Assembly: GCA_038087875.1 (NCBI GenBank)
Contig: JAXLNO010004858.1
Location: forward strand, 1 to 53,468
Direction of reading: 5' to 3'
Length of the DNA stretch: 53,468 nt
Source: Malacoraja senta
Lineage: Eukaryota
In this document: positions 1 through 13,322 of the stretch, piece by piece
Position numbering within the stretch: the stretch's first letter is position 1
Layout of the letters: the number at the start of each line of letters is the position of its first letter
Program-made: the position numbers and the translations under genes
Notes under the pieces: model-generated
The model's input: the letters and a program-made list of their open reading frames with translations, nothing else
Database searches by the model: none
Told to the model about the DNA's origin: nothing

Positions 1-1447
1 GGGTGGGGGGGTATGTTAGACAGACATACCGCCGAGTCGCTCGCCTGATTGACGTCACTCACTCGTTGCAAGCAGCCAGAGTGTTATCAGCGGGCAGTCC
101 CGTTCTTTTCTCCCGTTTTCAAACAATTTTGCGTGGGAGCTAGCTGGCGCGGACCTCTATTCCTCATAGCGCCACCGGAAGTCTATACTCTAAAGGCAGC
201 CTCACCAACATCTTATATAACTGCAACATGACCTCCCAACTATACTCAATACTCTGACTGATGCAGGCCACTTCCTGCTGTCAAACATTAAAACTTAGCA
301 ATATTACAGTTCTGTACAAGCATCCATGTGCTCTTCCACAATGCCGAGCTCAGTATGACTTGCAGCATGCCAGTAAAATTATGTCAGGAGCAACTTAATC
401 CTCTAAAAGCTCAACATAACCAAAAACAAGCAGAGGCTTCAAACTGAAAAATACAAGCTTCATCTTGTCATCTTAAAAAAATGATAAATCCAGTTAGTTA
501 GTGCAATATTCTATTATTCAAGAGAATAATAAAATGCAACTTTGTGAAAGAGCAGTTTTTGAAATAAGAATATAAGCCAATATTTAAAGCTTTTGTTCCC
601 CACAGACAATATTATTGCAGGAAATATAAACAAACATGAAAGCTTACAGCTTACATTTAAACTATTAGACAAAATACAGATTTAGTCATGCTTTTTTGGT
701 GCAATATTCAGCAAAGCACCTAATGCTGGATGTCTGTCATTGCTTATGATAATAATGGGTATAATTTGACTTGATTAAGGAATATTAAAGTATATTTGGT
801 TTGAATGCATTAAAAAAATAACTAGTATTAATTTGCAGAACAAATCCAATGATACCGGTAAAATAGATATAAAAAGCTATAAACACGCCTTCCACTATAA
901 CAAACTATGAAGGATGCTGAGGATACAAAGACCTTCTGTTAGAGGGCATTTTGTACTTTACCCATAGTCTATATCTGACTTTACTCAGATAGGCACAGAC
1001 ACAAATTGAAAAAACTCATAGATCAGTCGCGAGTCTATCTAACATGTCAGTTTAATAAAGGCCTCAGCAAAATACATCGGGAAGCAGTGTGAGCAAACTC
1101 AAACTACTTCAAAATCCTACAATAACTGTAGGATTCTTATACCCTCATGACACAATGGTTACTTGTGGAGTTGAAATAAACAATCATTAATCAACGTCTC
1201 CCCAAAGTTGACTTAAATCTTGCCTTTCTTGTTGTTTGGAATTCTCCCACCCACTTATCTCACCTGTGGATGCCATAAATGGCCAGATTCCCCCACCAAA
1301 TGGAATCCCCTTGTAAAAGTGGCAATTTGTTAACCTTTGCGAGACCTGGCTGCTAAACATAATGACCAAGAGCAGCTGTAATGCAAGATTGCAACAGATA
1401 AGAACCCAGACACAACTGTGAAGGACTATCCTTCCCTCCGACTGATA

Positions 1448-2290
1448 AGAAACATAGAAACGTAGACATAGAAACATAGACATAGAAAATAGGTGCAGGA
1501 GGAGGCCATTCGGCCCTTCGAGCCAGCACCACCATTCATTGTGATCATGGTTGATCGTCCCCATCAATAACCCGTGCCTGCCATCTCCCCATATCCCTTG
1601 ACTCCACTAGCCCCTAGAGCTCTATCTAACTCTCTCTTAAATCCATCCAATGATTTGGCCTCCACTGCTCTCTGTGGCAGGGAATTCCATAAATTCACAA
1701 CTCTCTGGGGTGAAAACTTTTTTTTCTCACCTCAGTCTTAAATGACCTCCGCTTTATTCTAAGACTGTGGCCCCTGGTTCTGGACTCGCCCAACATTGGG
1801 AACATTTTTCCTGCATCTAGCTTGTCCAGTCCTTTTATAATTTTATGTTTCTATAAGATCCCCCTCATCCTTCTAAAGTCCAGTGAATACAAGCCTAGTC
1901 TTTTCAATCTTTCCTCATATGATAGTCCCCGCCATCCCAGGGATCAATCTCGTGAACCTACGCTGCACTGCCTCAATCACAAGGATGTCCTTCCTCAAAT
2001 TAGGAGACCAAAACTGTACACAATACTCCAGATGTGGTCTCACCAGAGCCCTATACAACTGCAGAAGAACCTTTTTACTCCTGTACTGAAATCCTCTTGT
2101 TATGAAGGCCAACATTCCATTAGCTTTCTTCACTGCCTGCTGTACCTGCACGCCAACTTTCAGTGTACAAGGACACCCAGGTCTCGCTGTACCTCCCCCT
2201 TACCTAACCTAACCCCATTGAGATAATAATCTGCTCCCTTGTTTTTGCCGCCAAAGTGGATAACCTCACAATTATCTATATTATACTGCA
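1448..2290 (-). mobile_element. CR1-clade LINE (family A), 5'-truncated 3' fragment
   Basis: Minus ORF encodes MQVQQAVKKANGMLAFI...RPHLEYCVQFWSP (CR1 ORF2 C-terminal region); (CATAGAAA)n tail at about 1448-1490. Confidence 0.9.
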
Positions 2291-2470
2291 CAGGGGCTCT
2301 CACTTAACTTTTTTCCCTGTTGCCAGCCGGGCAACCTTGACAGCTTTTTAGGTTGCCAAATGACAGTTTAGGTGGTCATTGAAGACGGTTTGCATGACCC
2401 GTGCGATAATGTGCTCGGACGAAGTGCGTAGGTACCATTCGGAATTATGCTCAATGAAGCATTCACATAT
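2291..2470. mobile_element. Possible hAT-like MITE end
   Basis: Starts CAGGGGCTCTCAC at the CR1 truncation point; only one end seen. Confidence 0.3.
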
Positions 2471-2477
2471 TATGTTC

Positions 2478-2610
2478 AAGAAGGACTGCAGATGCTGGAA
2501 AATCAAAGGTAGACAAAGGTGCTGGAGAAACTCAGCGAGTGCAGCAGCATCTATGGAGCGAAGGAAATAAGCAACGTTTCAGGCCGAAACCCATCAGTCT
2601 GAAGAAGGGT
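2478..2610 (-). mobile_element. Short hammerhead-core (Penelope-like-derived) element
   Basis: Shared body ctgcagatgctgg...gcagcatctatggag...acgtttc...; degenerate core on the minus strand, followed by the start of a plus-strand CTGAAGAAGGG. Confidence 0.65.
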
Positions 2611-2849
2611 GAAACCCATCAGCATATGCTTAACCATACACACTACAAATTGATGCAACCGTGTTTCTGTGAAGGACCGAAAATTACCATGACATGTCCA
2701 TAGCATGGGTCGTTATTGCTATTGGCACAGAAACACTCTGGCTTCCCACATAATTTATCATAACAAATATACAGGTTGCAAGAAAATTTCTAAAGGCATT
2801 TTATGATAATAGCTGGTAATACCGACTATTCCTGACTGTACCGACTATA

Positions 2850-3332
2850 CCAGACTGATTCCTGAGATGTCAGGACTTTCATATGAAGAAAGACTGGATA
2901 GACTTGCTTATACTCGCTAGAATTTAGGAGATTGAGAGGGGATCTTATAGAAACTTACAACATTCTTATGGGGTTGGACAGGCTAGATGCAGGAAGATTG
3001 TTCCCGATGTTGGGGAAGTCCAGGACAAGGGGTCACAGCTTAAGGATAAGGGGGAAATCCTTTAAGACCGAGATGAGAAAAAACTTTTTCACACAGAGAG
3101 TGGTGAATCTCTGGAACTCTCTGCCACAGAGGGTAGTTGAGGCCAGCTCATTGGCTATATTTAAGAGGGAGTTAGATGTGGCCCTTGTGGCTAAAGGGAT
3201 CAGGGGGTATGGAGAGAAGGCAGGTACGGGATACTGAGTTGGATGATCAGCCATGATCATATTGAATGGCAGTGCAGGCTCGAAGGGCCGAATGGCCTAC
3301 TCCTGCACCTATTTTCTATGTATCTATGTATA
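2850..3332 (+). mobile_element. CR1-clade LINE (family A) 3' fragment
   Basis: RGDLIETY...RGHSLRIRG...FFTQRVVNLWNSLP; TTTCTATG-like tail. Confidence 0.9.
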
Positions 3333-3679
3333 CCATCTGACCAGGTTAAACATTACACTAACTGACAAGAGATGGCCAAAGGACATAACTGCAGCAAATG
3401 TTCTTTTGGTAATATGTTTAAAGGTGTCAAAACAAATAATAACATTGGGAATTAAAACACATTTGATTACATTCAGTTATCAAACATAATCAATGTTCGC
3501 TCTGAAGACCATGAAGCACAATAGGGTCAGGGGTGTGTGGAATCAGTGTGGGGTGGATAGATGGCGGGGGGGGGGGGGGGGGTGAGAAGGCAATCGGTGC
3601 GGAATGTATGGATTGAGGCAGGTGATTAGTACGTGTTGGTTGGAGTATGTAAAATTGTGAGAGGAGAGCACGGGGGATG

Positions 3680-4410
3680 TCAGTGGTGTTGAATGGGGGG
3701 GGGTCAATATGGGATGGATGGGGGGAATCAGTATAGGATGAATGGGGGTTCAGTACAGACGAATGGGGTAGACAAAAAGGCTGGAGAAATTCCAGCGGGT
3801 GAGGCAGCATCTATGGAGCTTAAAGAAATAAGCAACGTTTCGGGTCGAGACCCTTCTTCAGACTGTTCCCCCCCATTCTTTTTGAATGGGGGGGATCAGT
3901 ACAGGGATGGATGGGGGGGGGATCAGCACAGGATGAATGGGGGGATCAGTACAGGATGAATGGGAGGGTCAGAGCAGTGTGGATCGGGAGGGTCTATGCA
4001 GGATGAATGGGAGATCACTACAGGATGAATGAGGGGATCAGTACAGGATGAATGGGTGATCAGTAAAAGATGAATGCGGAGATCACTACAGGATGGATGG
4101 GGGGATTGGTGCAGGGTAAATGGAGGGTGGGTCAGTACGGGATGAATGGGAGGATCAGTGCAGTATGAATGGGGGGGGGGGGGGGAGGAAGTGCAGGATG
4201 GATGGGAAGGGGGATCAGTACAGGATGAATTGGGGGACCAGTGTAGGATGGATGGGGGGGGGGGGTGGCAGAAGAATCAATGCGAGGTGGGTAGGGTGAT
4301 GAATAGATTGGGGGGGGTAGGTAGATGGGGGTGGGAAGCACAGAGGATGTCAGCGAGGACTGAATAGAGGAGGGAATGGGGATCAGTGCGGGATGGAGAG
4401 GAGGGGTCCC
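3680..4410. repeat. G-rich minisatellite with a 23-24 bp unit (GGATGAATGGGGGGATCAGTACA)
   Basis: Many degenerate tandem units, interrupted by a hammerhead-core element. Confidence 0.8.
3768..3865 (-). mobile_element. Short hammerhead-core element
   Basis: Reverse complement of 3835-3861 reads CTGAAGA-A-GGGT-CTCG-ACCC-GAAAC-GT. Confidence 0.7.
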
Positions 4411-4489
4411 AGGATAAGAGCGGGTGGAGGGGGGCGTACAAGAGAGAAGAGAGAAAGAGGGGGGGGGGGGGAAGGGGCATAGGAGGTGG

Positions 4490-5011
4490 GAAGGAAGAAA
4501 GGTAAGCGCTCCTCGGACATCGCCCCGCTGCCTTGGCCGTCCCTGTCCAACACCAAAGTGCCGTCGCCGCCTCCTCGCCACCGCCTCCCCTCCTCCGCCA
4601 GCCGACAGGAAGGTGCGGGGGCCGAGCGGTGCAGCTCAAAGATCCTATAGCTGTAGGATCTTTGGTGCAGCTGCTTCACACGGCGGAAGGAGCCTCCCTC
4701 TCCCTCCCTCCTCCCGGCCTCGGCGTGCGAGTGGGGTTGGTTTGAAAGTGTCGTTAGCGGAGTTGCAAGCAGCGACCGTTATCAGGGCGATAGGAGCCAC
4801 TGATGGCAAATCCGCAAAAGACGCTTTCAAAACAACCCCCTCTCGCACGCCGAGGAGGGGGGGAAAGAGGAGGGAGGCCCTCCTTCCGCCGGGCGGGAGG
4901 CGGTGCAGCTGCTGTCGCGGCCACTGTTTGCCGCTGTTCGGGGCCCGTCATTCGCCCCGACCCTTCGTCACCAGGCACCTAGTATCTTTGACCCGCAATC
5001 AAAGATACTAG
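4490..5011. repeat. GC-rich repeat containing two related palindromes
   Basis: Palindromes at 4638-4663 and 4979-5011; blocks GTTGCAAGCAGC and GTTATCAG shared with positions 65-90. Confidence 0.5.
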
Positions 5012-5023
5012 AGGAATACAGCC

Positions 5024-5093
5024 GCCGACCCGAAACGTCAATTCCTATTCGCTGGAGATGCTGCATGAGTTACTCCAGTTTTTGCGTCTACCG
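5024..5093 (+). mobile_element. Partial hammerhead-core element
   Basis: GACCCGAAACGTC...GATGCTGC...GAGTTACTCCAG; lacks the CTGANGA part. Confidence 0.55.
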
Positions 5094-5164
5094 GTATAAA
5101 CCAGTATTTGGGTGCCAAGCCGGGCAAAATGAGTCGGCGTTTAGGTTGCCCGGGGGCACTTTCT

Positions 5165-5995
5165 GTGGTCAATGGTGCCCAGGCAACCGCTAATTTCCAG
5201 CCCTGCTGCATCTGCCCACTCACTCAACCTGTCCAGGTCACCCTGCAACCTCCTAACATCCTCTTCACAGTTCACACTGCCACCCAGCTTTGTGTCATCC
5301 GCAAACTTGCTAGTGTTGCTCCTAATTCCCTCTTCCAAATGATTAATTTATATGGTAAACAGTTGCGTCCCAACACCGAGCCTTGCGGCACTCCACTCGC
5401 CACTGCATCCCATTCTGAAAAGGACCTGGTTCACTCCTACTCTTTGCTTCCGGTCTGCCAACCAATTTTCTATCCATGTCAACACCCTACCTCTAATACC
5501 GTGCTCTAATTTTAGTCACCAGTCTCCCGTGCGGGACCTTATCAAAGGTTTTCTGAAAGTTCTATATACACTACATCCACTGGCACCCCTTCATCCATTT
5601 TACTTGTCACATCCTCAAAAAATTCCAGAAGATTAGTCAAGCATGATTTCCCTTTCATAAATCCATGTTGACTTGGACTAATCCTTTTACCGCTATCCAA
5701 ATGCCCCATTATTACCTCTTTAATAATTGACTCCAGCATCTTTCCCACCACCGGTCAGGCTAACTGGTCTGTAATTCCCTGTTTTCTCTCTCGCTCCTTT
5801 CTTGAAAAGTGGGATAACATTAGCTGTCCTCCAATCCACAGCAACTGATCCTGAATCTATTGAACATTGGAAAATGATCACCAATAGAGCCACCTCCCTG
5901 AGAACCCTGGGATGCAGACCATCAGGCCCAGGGGATTTATCATCCTTCAGTCCCATTAGCCAACCCAATACTATTTCTCGCCTAATGAACTCTAC
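5165..5995 (-). mobile_element. CR1-clade LINE (family A) internal RT fragment with deletions
   Basis: KSPGPDGLHPRVLREVA, HGFMKGKSCLTNLL, SKFADDTKLGG. Confidence 0.9.
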
Positions 5996-6233
5996 CCCCT
6001 TAGATCCTCTGTCCTCCAGTCTGCTTTTCAGCAAAATGATTCAGCTTTGCTATTCTGACTACATTCTTGGCCATTGTCCACACCATGCTTCCCAGTATGC
6101 GAGTTCCTACTTATCTTACTTTAACATTTTCAAAATTCCCTACAACACCTACCAACAATGCTAAATTTCATCTGAAGGCCTCCCTCTCCCCCTCTACCCC
6201 TCACTCTCTCCCCCTCCCTCTCATTAACACAGT

Positions 6234-6545
6234 TAAACCCGTCTCACGAGGTACCCCGAGCTGACCCACGAGCTGACCCACGAGGTACCCCGAGCTTAAA
6301 ACAAATTTAACTCGTGGTAATCACTTACAATTAACGTAGTGGGAATGTCGGAACTCGTGGACGCAACTTAGCGACTCGTGGCGCTAACGGCAGGTACCCG
6401 TGAAACTTGTTAACTGTTGAAAAAGTTCAAACATGTTTAAAGTTTTCCACGAGTAAAATTTACTCTTGAGGTTAAAATTGAAACATTTGTAAGAACTTGG
6501 TGGCCCTTGAGTTAAACTTAGTGACTCTTGAGTCTACCGTGTTGG
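6234..6545. mobile_element. Harbinger-like MITE, left-end-type fragment
   Basis: Subterminal GAGCTGACCCACGAGGTACCCCGAG is the inverse of the sequence at about 11800-11830. Confidence 0.45.
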
Positions 6546-6639
6546 ATTAACGTTTCGAGTGCGATCTTTCATCAGAGCTCCTTTAATTAATAAATCCAGC
6601 CACGGTATTTTGACATCAGTCTAGATACACTACATCCAC

Positions 6640-9367
6640 TTTTGCCACTAGCTGTGTGCGCTATTTTGCCGCCTTTGAAGGGGGGGCGGGGTTAAAACGC
6701 GGGTTTCTCCTACCTTGTCCTGAATTATATTTCGTTGGAGTGCCAGCTTTTGCTGAAGAATCGTTCCGATGGGCGTTATGTGTATTTTGTTTTAAAAATC
6801 TCCCGACAAGTTCAGCGCTGGAGTCATTTTAAAATCAGCTTCTGAAGCCGTCAACGCCGACAACGGGGACGGATTTCACGCACGGGACAGGTAAACGAAA
6901 GCAGTTTATTTTATGTATAAAAGTGCTCCTTAAGAGGCCTTTAATTCACATTTTAATTTGCGAAAAGGTGATTCTTTTCCCCGAACTAATGGCAGTATTT
7001 TTCATGCCGATACGGGGTTAAATTCACCGCAAATCAACGTTCCAAATGATCGCGTTCCAGAAAAACCCACTCGCAAGATGATTTAAATGCCCATTAATTT
7101 ACAGGTATTAAACATTACAGGTATTCGTTCCATTTGGCCTATAAAATCCATGACAATGAGATTTTAAAATGATGTTATATTGTGAATTCTTGTGTGAATG
7201 TTATTTGGACACTTAGGCTATTTAAAAATGTTAATCTATTCTTAAGAATTTGATAAGATGTTTAGATCTAGTAAATTAGTTACAATTAGGTACTAACTAA
7301 TTATATGCTTTAAATTTCATGTCATCTAAGTAAGATTGTCCGCAAATTCCACCAGCATGTGCAGTGCCCTACCAGGGGCTCAAACACATTGGATAAAGTG
7401 TACACCAACATCAAGGACGCATACAGAGCTCTCCCCCGCCCATCCCTAGGACAATCCAATCACCTCTCACTGTTTATACTGCCTGCATACAAACCCCTCA
7501 TCCGCAAGACCAAACCTGCAATAAGGACGGTCAAAATATGGCCCGAGGACGCCACCCTACAACTCCAGGACTGCTTTGATCGCACCAACTGGGACCTGTT
7601 TGCACAACAGGCTACCAGTGGTACAGAGGTAGACTTGGAGGAGTACACTTCCACTGTGCTCTCCTACATCAATTGCTGTGCGGAGACTGTCACAGTGGAC
7701 AAGCAAATAAAGATGTTCCCAAACCGGAAACCCTGGATGAACAAGGAGGTTCAGGATATGCTAAGGGCATGCAACATTACCTTTAAATCCAGGGACACTT
7801 CTGCTTACAGTGCGGCCAGGTCGAACCTGAACAGAGGCACAAAAAGGCAAAAGACATCCACAGGCAAAGGGTAGAAGACCACTTCAACACCGCGGACACC
7901 AGAAGCATGTGGCAGGGTGTCAGGGACATCACCGACTACAAGAGCAGCCCAGCCTGCCCCCACGGTGATATCACACTGGCCAACGAACTAAACACCTTCT
8001 TTGCCCGGTTCGAAACTGGCAACACCACCAGGAGTGGAATAACCCCGACCATGGCGGAGGGACAGGCCTTAACACTGAGCACCCAGGAGGTACAGTGCGC
8101 TCTGCGTAGGATTAATCCACGCAAGGCTGCAGGCCCGGATGGAGTCCAGGGAAGGGTACTAAAGGACTGTGCTGTACAGCTGGCGGAGGTATTCACGAGA
8201 ATCTTCAATGTGTCTCTATCTCTGGCAACGGTCCCCAAGTGCCTGAAAACAGCCACCATAGTGCCGGTGCCAAAAAAGTCCAAAGTCACCAACCTGAACG
8301 ACTACCGCCCGGTTGCCCTAACTCCAACCCCAATGAAGTGCTTCGAAAGGCTGGTCCTCTCCCCATATCAAATCCAGCATCCCTGCCTCACTGGACTCCC
8401 ATCAATTTGCATACAGGGGATGCCATCTCTCTGGCTCTTCACACTGTCCTGACTCACCTGGACAGACAGGGCACGTATGTGAGGAAGCTCTTCATTGACT
8501 ATAGCTCTGCATTCAATACGGTCATCAATACCCAAGCTCACCACCAAACTCGATATGCGATTGGATCTTGAACTTTCTGACGGAGCGACTGCAGGCAGTG
8601 AGACTGGGCCCGCACCTGTCCTCCACTATCACCCTGAGCACCACAGGGCTGTGTACTAAGCCCCATGCTCTACTCCCTCTTCACTCACGACTGTGTCCCT
8701 GCATTCGACACCAACACCATCGTGAAGTTTGCAGACGACACCAACGGTGATCACCAACAGTGATGAAACAAAATACAGAGTGGAGGTGCAGAACCTGGCG
8801 GACTGGTGCGCTCATAACAACTTGTCACTAAACACCTCCAAGACCAAGGAGCTGATTATTGACTTCAGGAGGTCCCATAATGGAGAATACGCCCCAATCT
8901 CCATTTACGGGGAAAGGTGTGGAGAGAGTGTCCAGCTTTAAGTTTCTGGGCACTCACATTTCAGAGGACCTCACATGGTTTATTTATTTTACTTTTCTTG
9001 TACATCGGTGGAGCTGCATACTAAATCTCGTTGCACTGACGTGCAATGACAATAAAAGATATTATTATTATTATTATATTTGTTTCAGAATGCTTCAATC
9101 TATAACTGAAAATTTCTTTCAGTTCTCTTAATTTTAAGAAAGTTATGGGCTTTTGACTGTCCTCGATCACAGCTTTTGTGTTAAGTCAATGGAAAAGCAA
9201 TAGGGAACAAGATGCTAATTTCCGAGTATGAAAATGGCCATAGCTTTTTTAATACTGAAGATATGAAAGTGAATTAGGTGTCAAATTAAACGTCTTTTTA
9301 TGCTTTATCTGACGGGATAAAATTACAGACTTGATTTTTTAAATCTCAAAATGTTGTAACATTGCTA
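6640..9367. mobile_element. Probable non-autonomous DNA element split by a Rex1-like LINE (pieces about 6640-7340 and 9079-9367)
   Basis: AT-rich non-coding pieces flank the LINE and read as one repeat from memory; right end TGTAACATTGCTA. Confidence 0.4.
7340..9078 (+). mobile_element. Rex1/Babar-clade LINE, 5'-truncated and frameshifted
   Basis: [48 protein letters not shown]; (TAT)n tail at about 9058-9078. Confidence 0.85.
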
Positions 9368-10125
9368 CTCATAGAGTCAGTCTTACAACACGGAAACAGC
9401 TTATTTGGTCCAATTTCTCCATGCCGAACATGGCGCCCCACATGCCAGCGTATGGCCCATATCCTTCCAAACCGATGCTATCCATCTGATAAGATAGTAT
9501 GCAAAACAAAGCTTTTACACGTGACAATAATGTAATAATTTATTTTGAATCGTTGCTGTGTTTTATTGCTAACCTAAATTTAGCAAGTAATTTTAAGCCG
9601 TTCCCTGGCAATATAACTACATTTCACTTGCTATTTTAATTATTTCTGAACAAAATTCTACAGCATGTGACATTTATAAAATATTTACAATATATTTACT
9701 ACTCTACATATAGTAGAGTACACTTCTTTTTTTTGATAAATATATGTAGAGTAGTAAATATATTTTCTGCCAGCAGATGTTAAAAAGTGACATAATCCTG
9801 CATATTTCCTTTGGTTGTTTTTTTTACCAATAGTTTAATACATTAGACCACAGTTAAAAAAATAAATAGTTAAAGACTATAAACTGTAGACAAAGGAACA
9901 ATATTTTGAGAGTTTGCTATATTTGTAGAATCGAATCGAGCTTTGCAATGTACTTTCTCGTGAATTAACGTGGTGCTTTCTTATTTTGATTGAAAAGCAA
10001 GAATCCAGTCACTGATTATAGGGGTGCAGGTAATATTAAACTGCGCACCCCTGTTTCTGCAATGGATATTGCAAAAGTTCTGCTTCGCCTGGAAAACTCG
10101 TTATCAATTCATAGGATATCATATT

Positions 10126-10490
10126 GAATTGAATTGAATTGAATTAGACTTTATTAATCCCCTTATTCAGGGGAAATTCAGATGTCCTTGCAGCACACTA
10201 ATAAAATACAACACAGTATTAAAAATAAGTTCAACACCAAAACATCCCTCCATCAGTGGAAACCACTGTGGGGGAAGGCACAAAGTCCAGTCCCATCCTC
10301 TTGTCCACCCAGAGTCGGGCCCACTGAGGCCTCCACAGTCGCTGCCACAGCGCCCGATGTTCTCGCCGGGTGATGGTGCTCCGGCGTCGGGAGAACCCCC
10401 AGCGGCTTGGAGTTCCAGGAACGACCACCTTCCCACCGAAGACCGCGGCTTCCAAGCCAACAGACCGCGCCGGACGGAGCTCCACACACT
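10126..10490 (-). mobile_element. Short retroposon with (TTCAA)n tail
   Basis: (TTGAA)n on + at about 10124-10145 followed by a GC-rich body. Confidence 0.45.
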
Positions 10491-10751
10491 ATGAAGAAGA
10501 AACTAGATCAGCCGTGATCTACCTGGACGGCGGAGAAGACCCAAGGATTGCTTACTCCAGCTTAAATTTATTTACGTCCTTATTAACGGTCAGTATTTGA
10601 AGGTTTATCCTTTAAATGAAATAGTTATTGCCATTCCTAAAGGCTTTTGCGAAAACTTAAACCGTGGTTTATTATTAAGACACTTGAGAATGTTGTTTCA
10701 TTAACAAATGCTCCTGCAGTTACTGAGATCAATTTAAAAACCTTCAGTGCA

Positions 10752-11145
10752 TTTTTTTTTTTTTTTAAACTTTATTCATAAAAAGATGTACAGGATATGC
10801 AATACACCAATGCCATGTGTAATTTCAAAAATAATGTTTCTCCTGAATAAAAATGTATAAAACAAAAACCGTGTGAAATCTTTTCATAGATTCTCAGTGG
10901 TTAATGCCTTTGATATTTTTCTAAAATAAACTTTACTCAGAATAAGAAATGTGCATAAAACAAAAACAGTGCAATGCATTATCAGTGTCTATACATTCAA
11001 TAGTGTCATACTTAGGAGTGTTTCCATCTATATTTAAACAAAACTCTCTTGTCGCTATGTGCCCCTTAGGGTGATATCCCTACCCTTGTCTGACGGGTGT
11101 CCCCATTTCAATATCCTGCAGCGGAAGGGCCATAGACTGTGGTCC
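10752..11145 (-). mobile_element. Tx1-like LINE, 3' UTR-only copy
   Basis: Poly(T) and TTTATT on +; reverse complement of about 11110-11145 (GGACCACAGTCTATGGCCCTTCCGCTGCAGGATAT) matches the ORF2 stop region of the full-length Tx1 at about 36637-36671. Confidence 0.65.
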
Positions 11146-11504
11146 AAATGAACTGCACGTAAATGCAATGCAGATACAAATATTCTGCGTCTGTGTCTGC
11201 CATTTCCGTCTTTATGGCTTTCATGTCACGATTGCCAGTTCAATGAGTAATTCGGCTTAATTCAGATTTTATATGCGGATGCGAATAGTTTAATTATAAA
11301 GTTTAAATTCTATTAAATATGTTACAGGGAAAAACGTCCAGCAACGAAGAGACATCCCTGTATTTAAATAGCACCCATCACAAACTCAGGAGGTTCCAAC
11401 ATCTATTACAGTAAAGGAAGTACAGTGAACGTACTTCGATAAACATAATGTTGAGCATGAATATTGTTTTGTTTAAAACGGTGATAACAAGGCTTGTAAA
11501 TATG

Positions 11505-11602
11505 CAAAGGCAAACAAAAAATGCTGGAGAAACTCAGTGGGTGAGGCAGCACCTACGGAGAGGAGAGATATGCGACGTTTCGGGTCGAAACCCTTCTTCA
11601 GG
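11505..11602 (-). mobile_element. Short hammerhead-core element (best-preserved core)
   Basis: Reverse complement of 11574-11601 reads CTGAAGA-A-GGGT-TTCG-ACCC-GAAAC-GTC. Confidence 0.7.
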
Positions 11603-11644
11603 AACACTGTTGCTTATTAAAACAGACCTTCATTCACGTTTGGC

Positions 11645-11845
11645 TCAAGAGTAACTCGGGAGAGGAACTTGGTAACTCGGGACACGAACTTGGAACATCG
11701 CAAAAATGACAAGTTAACGGCAAACGTAGTCATACCCGTGGGAACTCGGTTAAATTCTTGATCATACACTTGGAATCTCGTACACAACCACGAGTCTTTC
11801 ACTCGGGGTACCTCGTGGGTCAACTCGCACCGTGCGACAGGGCCA
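11645..11845. mobile_element. Harbinger-like MITE, right-end-type fragment
   Basis: Ends GTGCGACAGGGCC; inverted similarity to 6234-6295. Confidence 0.45.
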
Positions 11846-11849
11846 TTAC

Positions 11850-13322
11850 ACTATGGGCCACCTCCCTGAACCAGGCCATTGTTCCATCATGTTTCAAGAC
11901 AGCCACCATCATACCAGTTCCCAAAAAGTCTACAATAACCTGCCTAAATGATTACCGCCCCGTAGCACTCACACCAATAATAATGAAGTGCTTTGAGAGG
12001 CTTATTAAGCAGCACATGGTCTCTAAACTACCCCCCAGTTTTGACCCATTCCAGTTTGCTTATCGCCCGAACCGCTCCACAGAGGATGCTATCTCCTCTG
12101 CAGTCCACCTGAGCCTACACACCTGGAGGTGAAGAACACCAACGTGCGGATGCTGTTTGTTGACTTCAGCTCAGCATTCAATACGATAATCCCCCAGCAT
12201 CTGGTGAGCAAACTGGCACCCCTAGGATTCAATACCACACTATGCAACTAGATCCTGGATTTCCTTTCTGAAAGACCCCAGTCTGTGCGGGTGGGGAAAA
12301 ACACCTCCTCGGTCATCACACTGAGCACCGGCTCCCCTCAGGGCTGTGTCCTGAGTCCGCTGCTCTTCACATTGATGACACATGACTGTGTCGCCAAGTC
12401 CACTACTAACCATATCATCAAATACGCTATTGACACAACAGTAGTGGGCCTCATCCGCAACAACGACAACCAGGCATACAGAGAGGAGGTGGAGCAGCTG
12501 GTGCAGCAGGAACAACCTTCTCCTAAATGTGGACAAAACCAAGGAGATTGACGTCGATTTCAGAAAGAAAAATCAGCCCAGTCACATTAACAACTTAGCA
12601 GTGGAGCAGGTGAAAAGCATCAAGTTCCTGGGTGTGCATATAACGGATACCTTAACTTGAGCTACTAACATCACATCTCTGGTAAAACGGGCACAGCAGC
12701 GTTTGTACTTCCTCCGCAGGATGAGAAGATCACACCTCCACCCTCCCATCCTCACCACATTCTACAGAAGCACCATTGAATCAGTCATGACCAGCTGCAT
12801 CTCTGTGTGGTGCGGCGGCTGTACAGCTGCGGACTGGAAGTGCCTTCAGAGAGTGGTGAGGACAGCGGAAAAAATCATTGGGACTTCTCTTCCCTCCATC
12901 ATGGACATTGGTTACAAACGCTGTCTGTCAAGAGCTAAGGGCATTACCAGAGCCCCCACACACCCACAATATGGACTGTTTACACTGCTGAACTCTGGGA
13001 GGAGGTACTGCAGCATGAAGGACCGGTCAACCAGGTTCTGCAACAGTTTCATCCCCCAGGCCATAAGATTATTGAACTCACAATCAAACCGATGCAAAAA
13101 ACTGTCTTATACATTGCCACTTTTTAAAAACTTTCCTTTTTTAACTATGCACATGAAGCACTTTTTATGGACACACTAAGCATTTTTACTGATCGCCTGA
13201 TATAAATGGTATATTCTGCTGCTACTTGGAAGAGTCAATGCAACGAAATTTCGTTCAATGTGCACTGTGTCTATGTGTATATTTGAATGACAATTAAAGT
13301 TATATTATTATTATTATTATAT
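11850..13322 (+). mobile_element. Rex1/Babar-clade LINE, 5'-truncated
   Basis: [30 protein letters not shown]...FYRSTIESV; (TAT)n tail at about 13305-13322. Confidence 0.85.

Noticed and set aside
1-195. CpG-rich segment with TGACGTCA and CCGGAAGT as a promoter
   Set aside because: It shares sequence blocks with the repeat at 4760-4830 and no linked exon was found; more likely repeat-derived.
10556-10609. Possible 54-nt minus-strand exon (INLQILTVNKDVNKFKLE) with AG/GT ends
   Set aside because: Its phase 2-2 does not fit the phase-0 ZW10 donor, similarity to ZW10 is weak and such motifs arise by chance.
6234-11845. One 5.6-kb Harbinger element spanning both MITE ends
   Set aside because: No matching TSD seen and the interior consists of unrelated repeats; two independent fragments explain it equally well.
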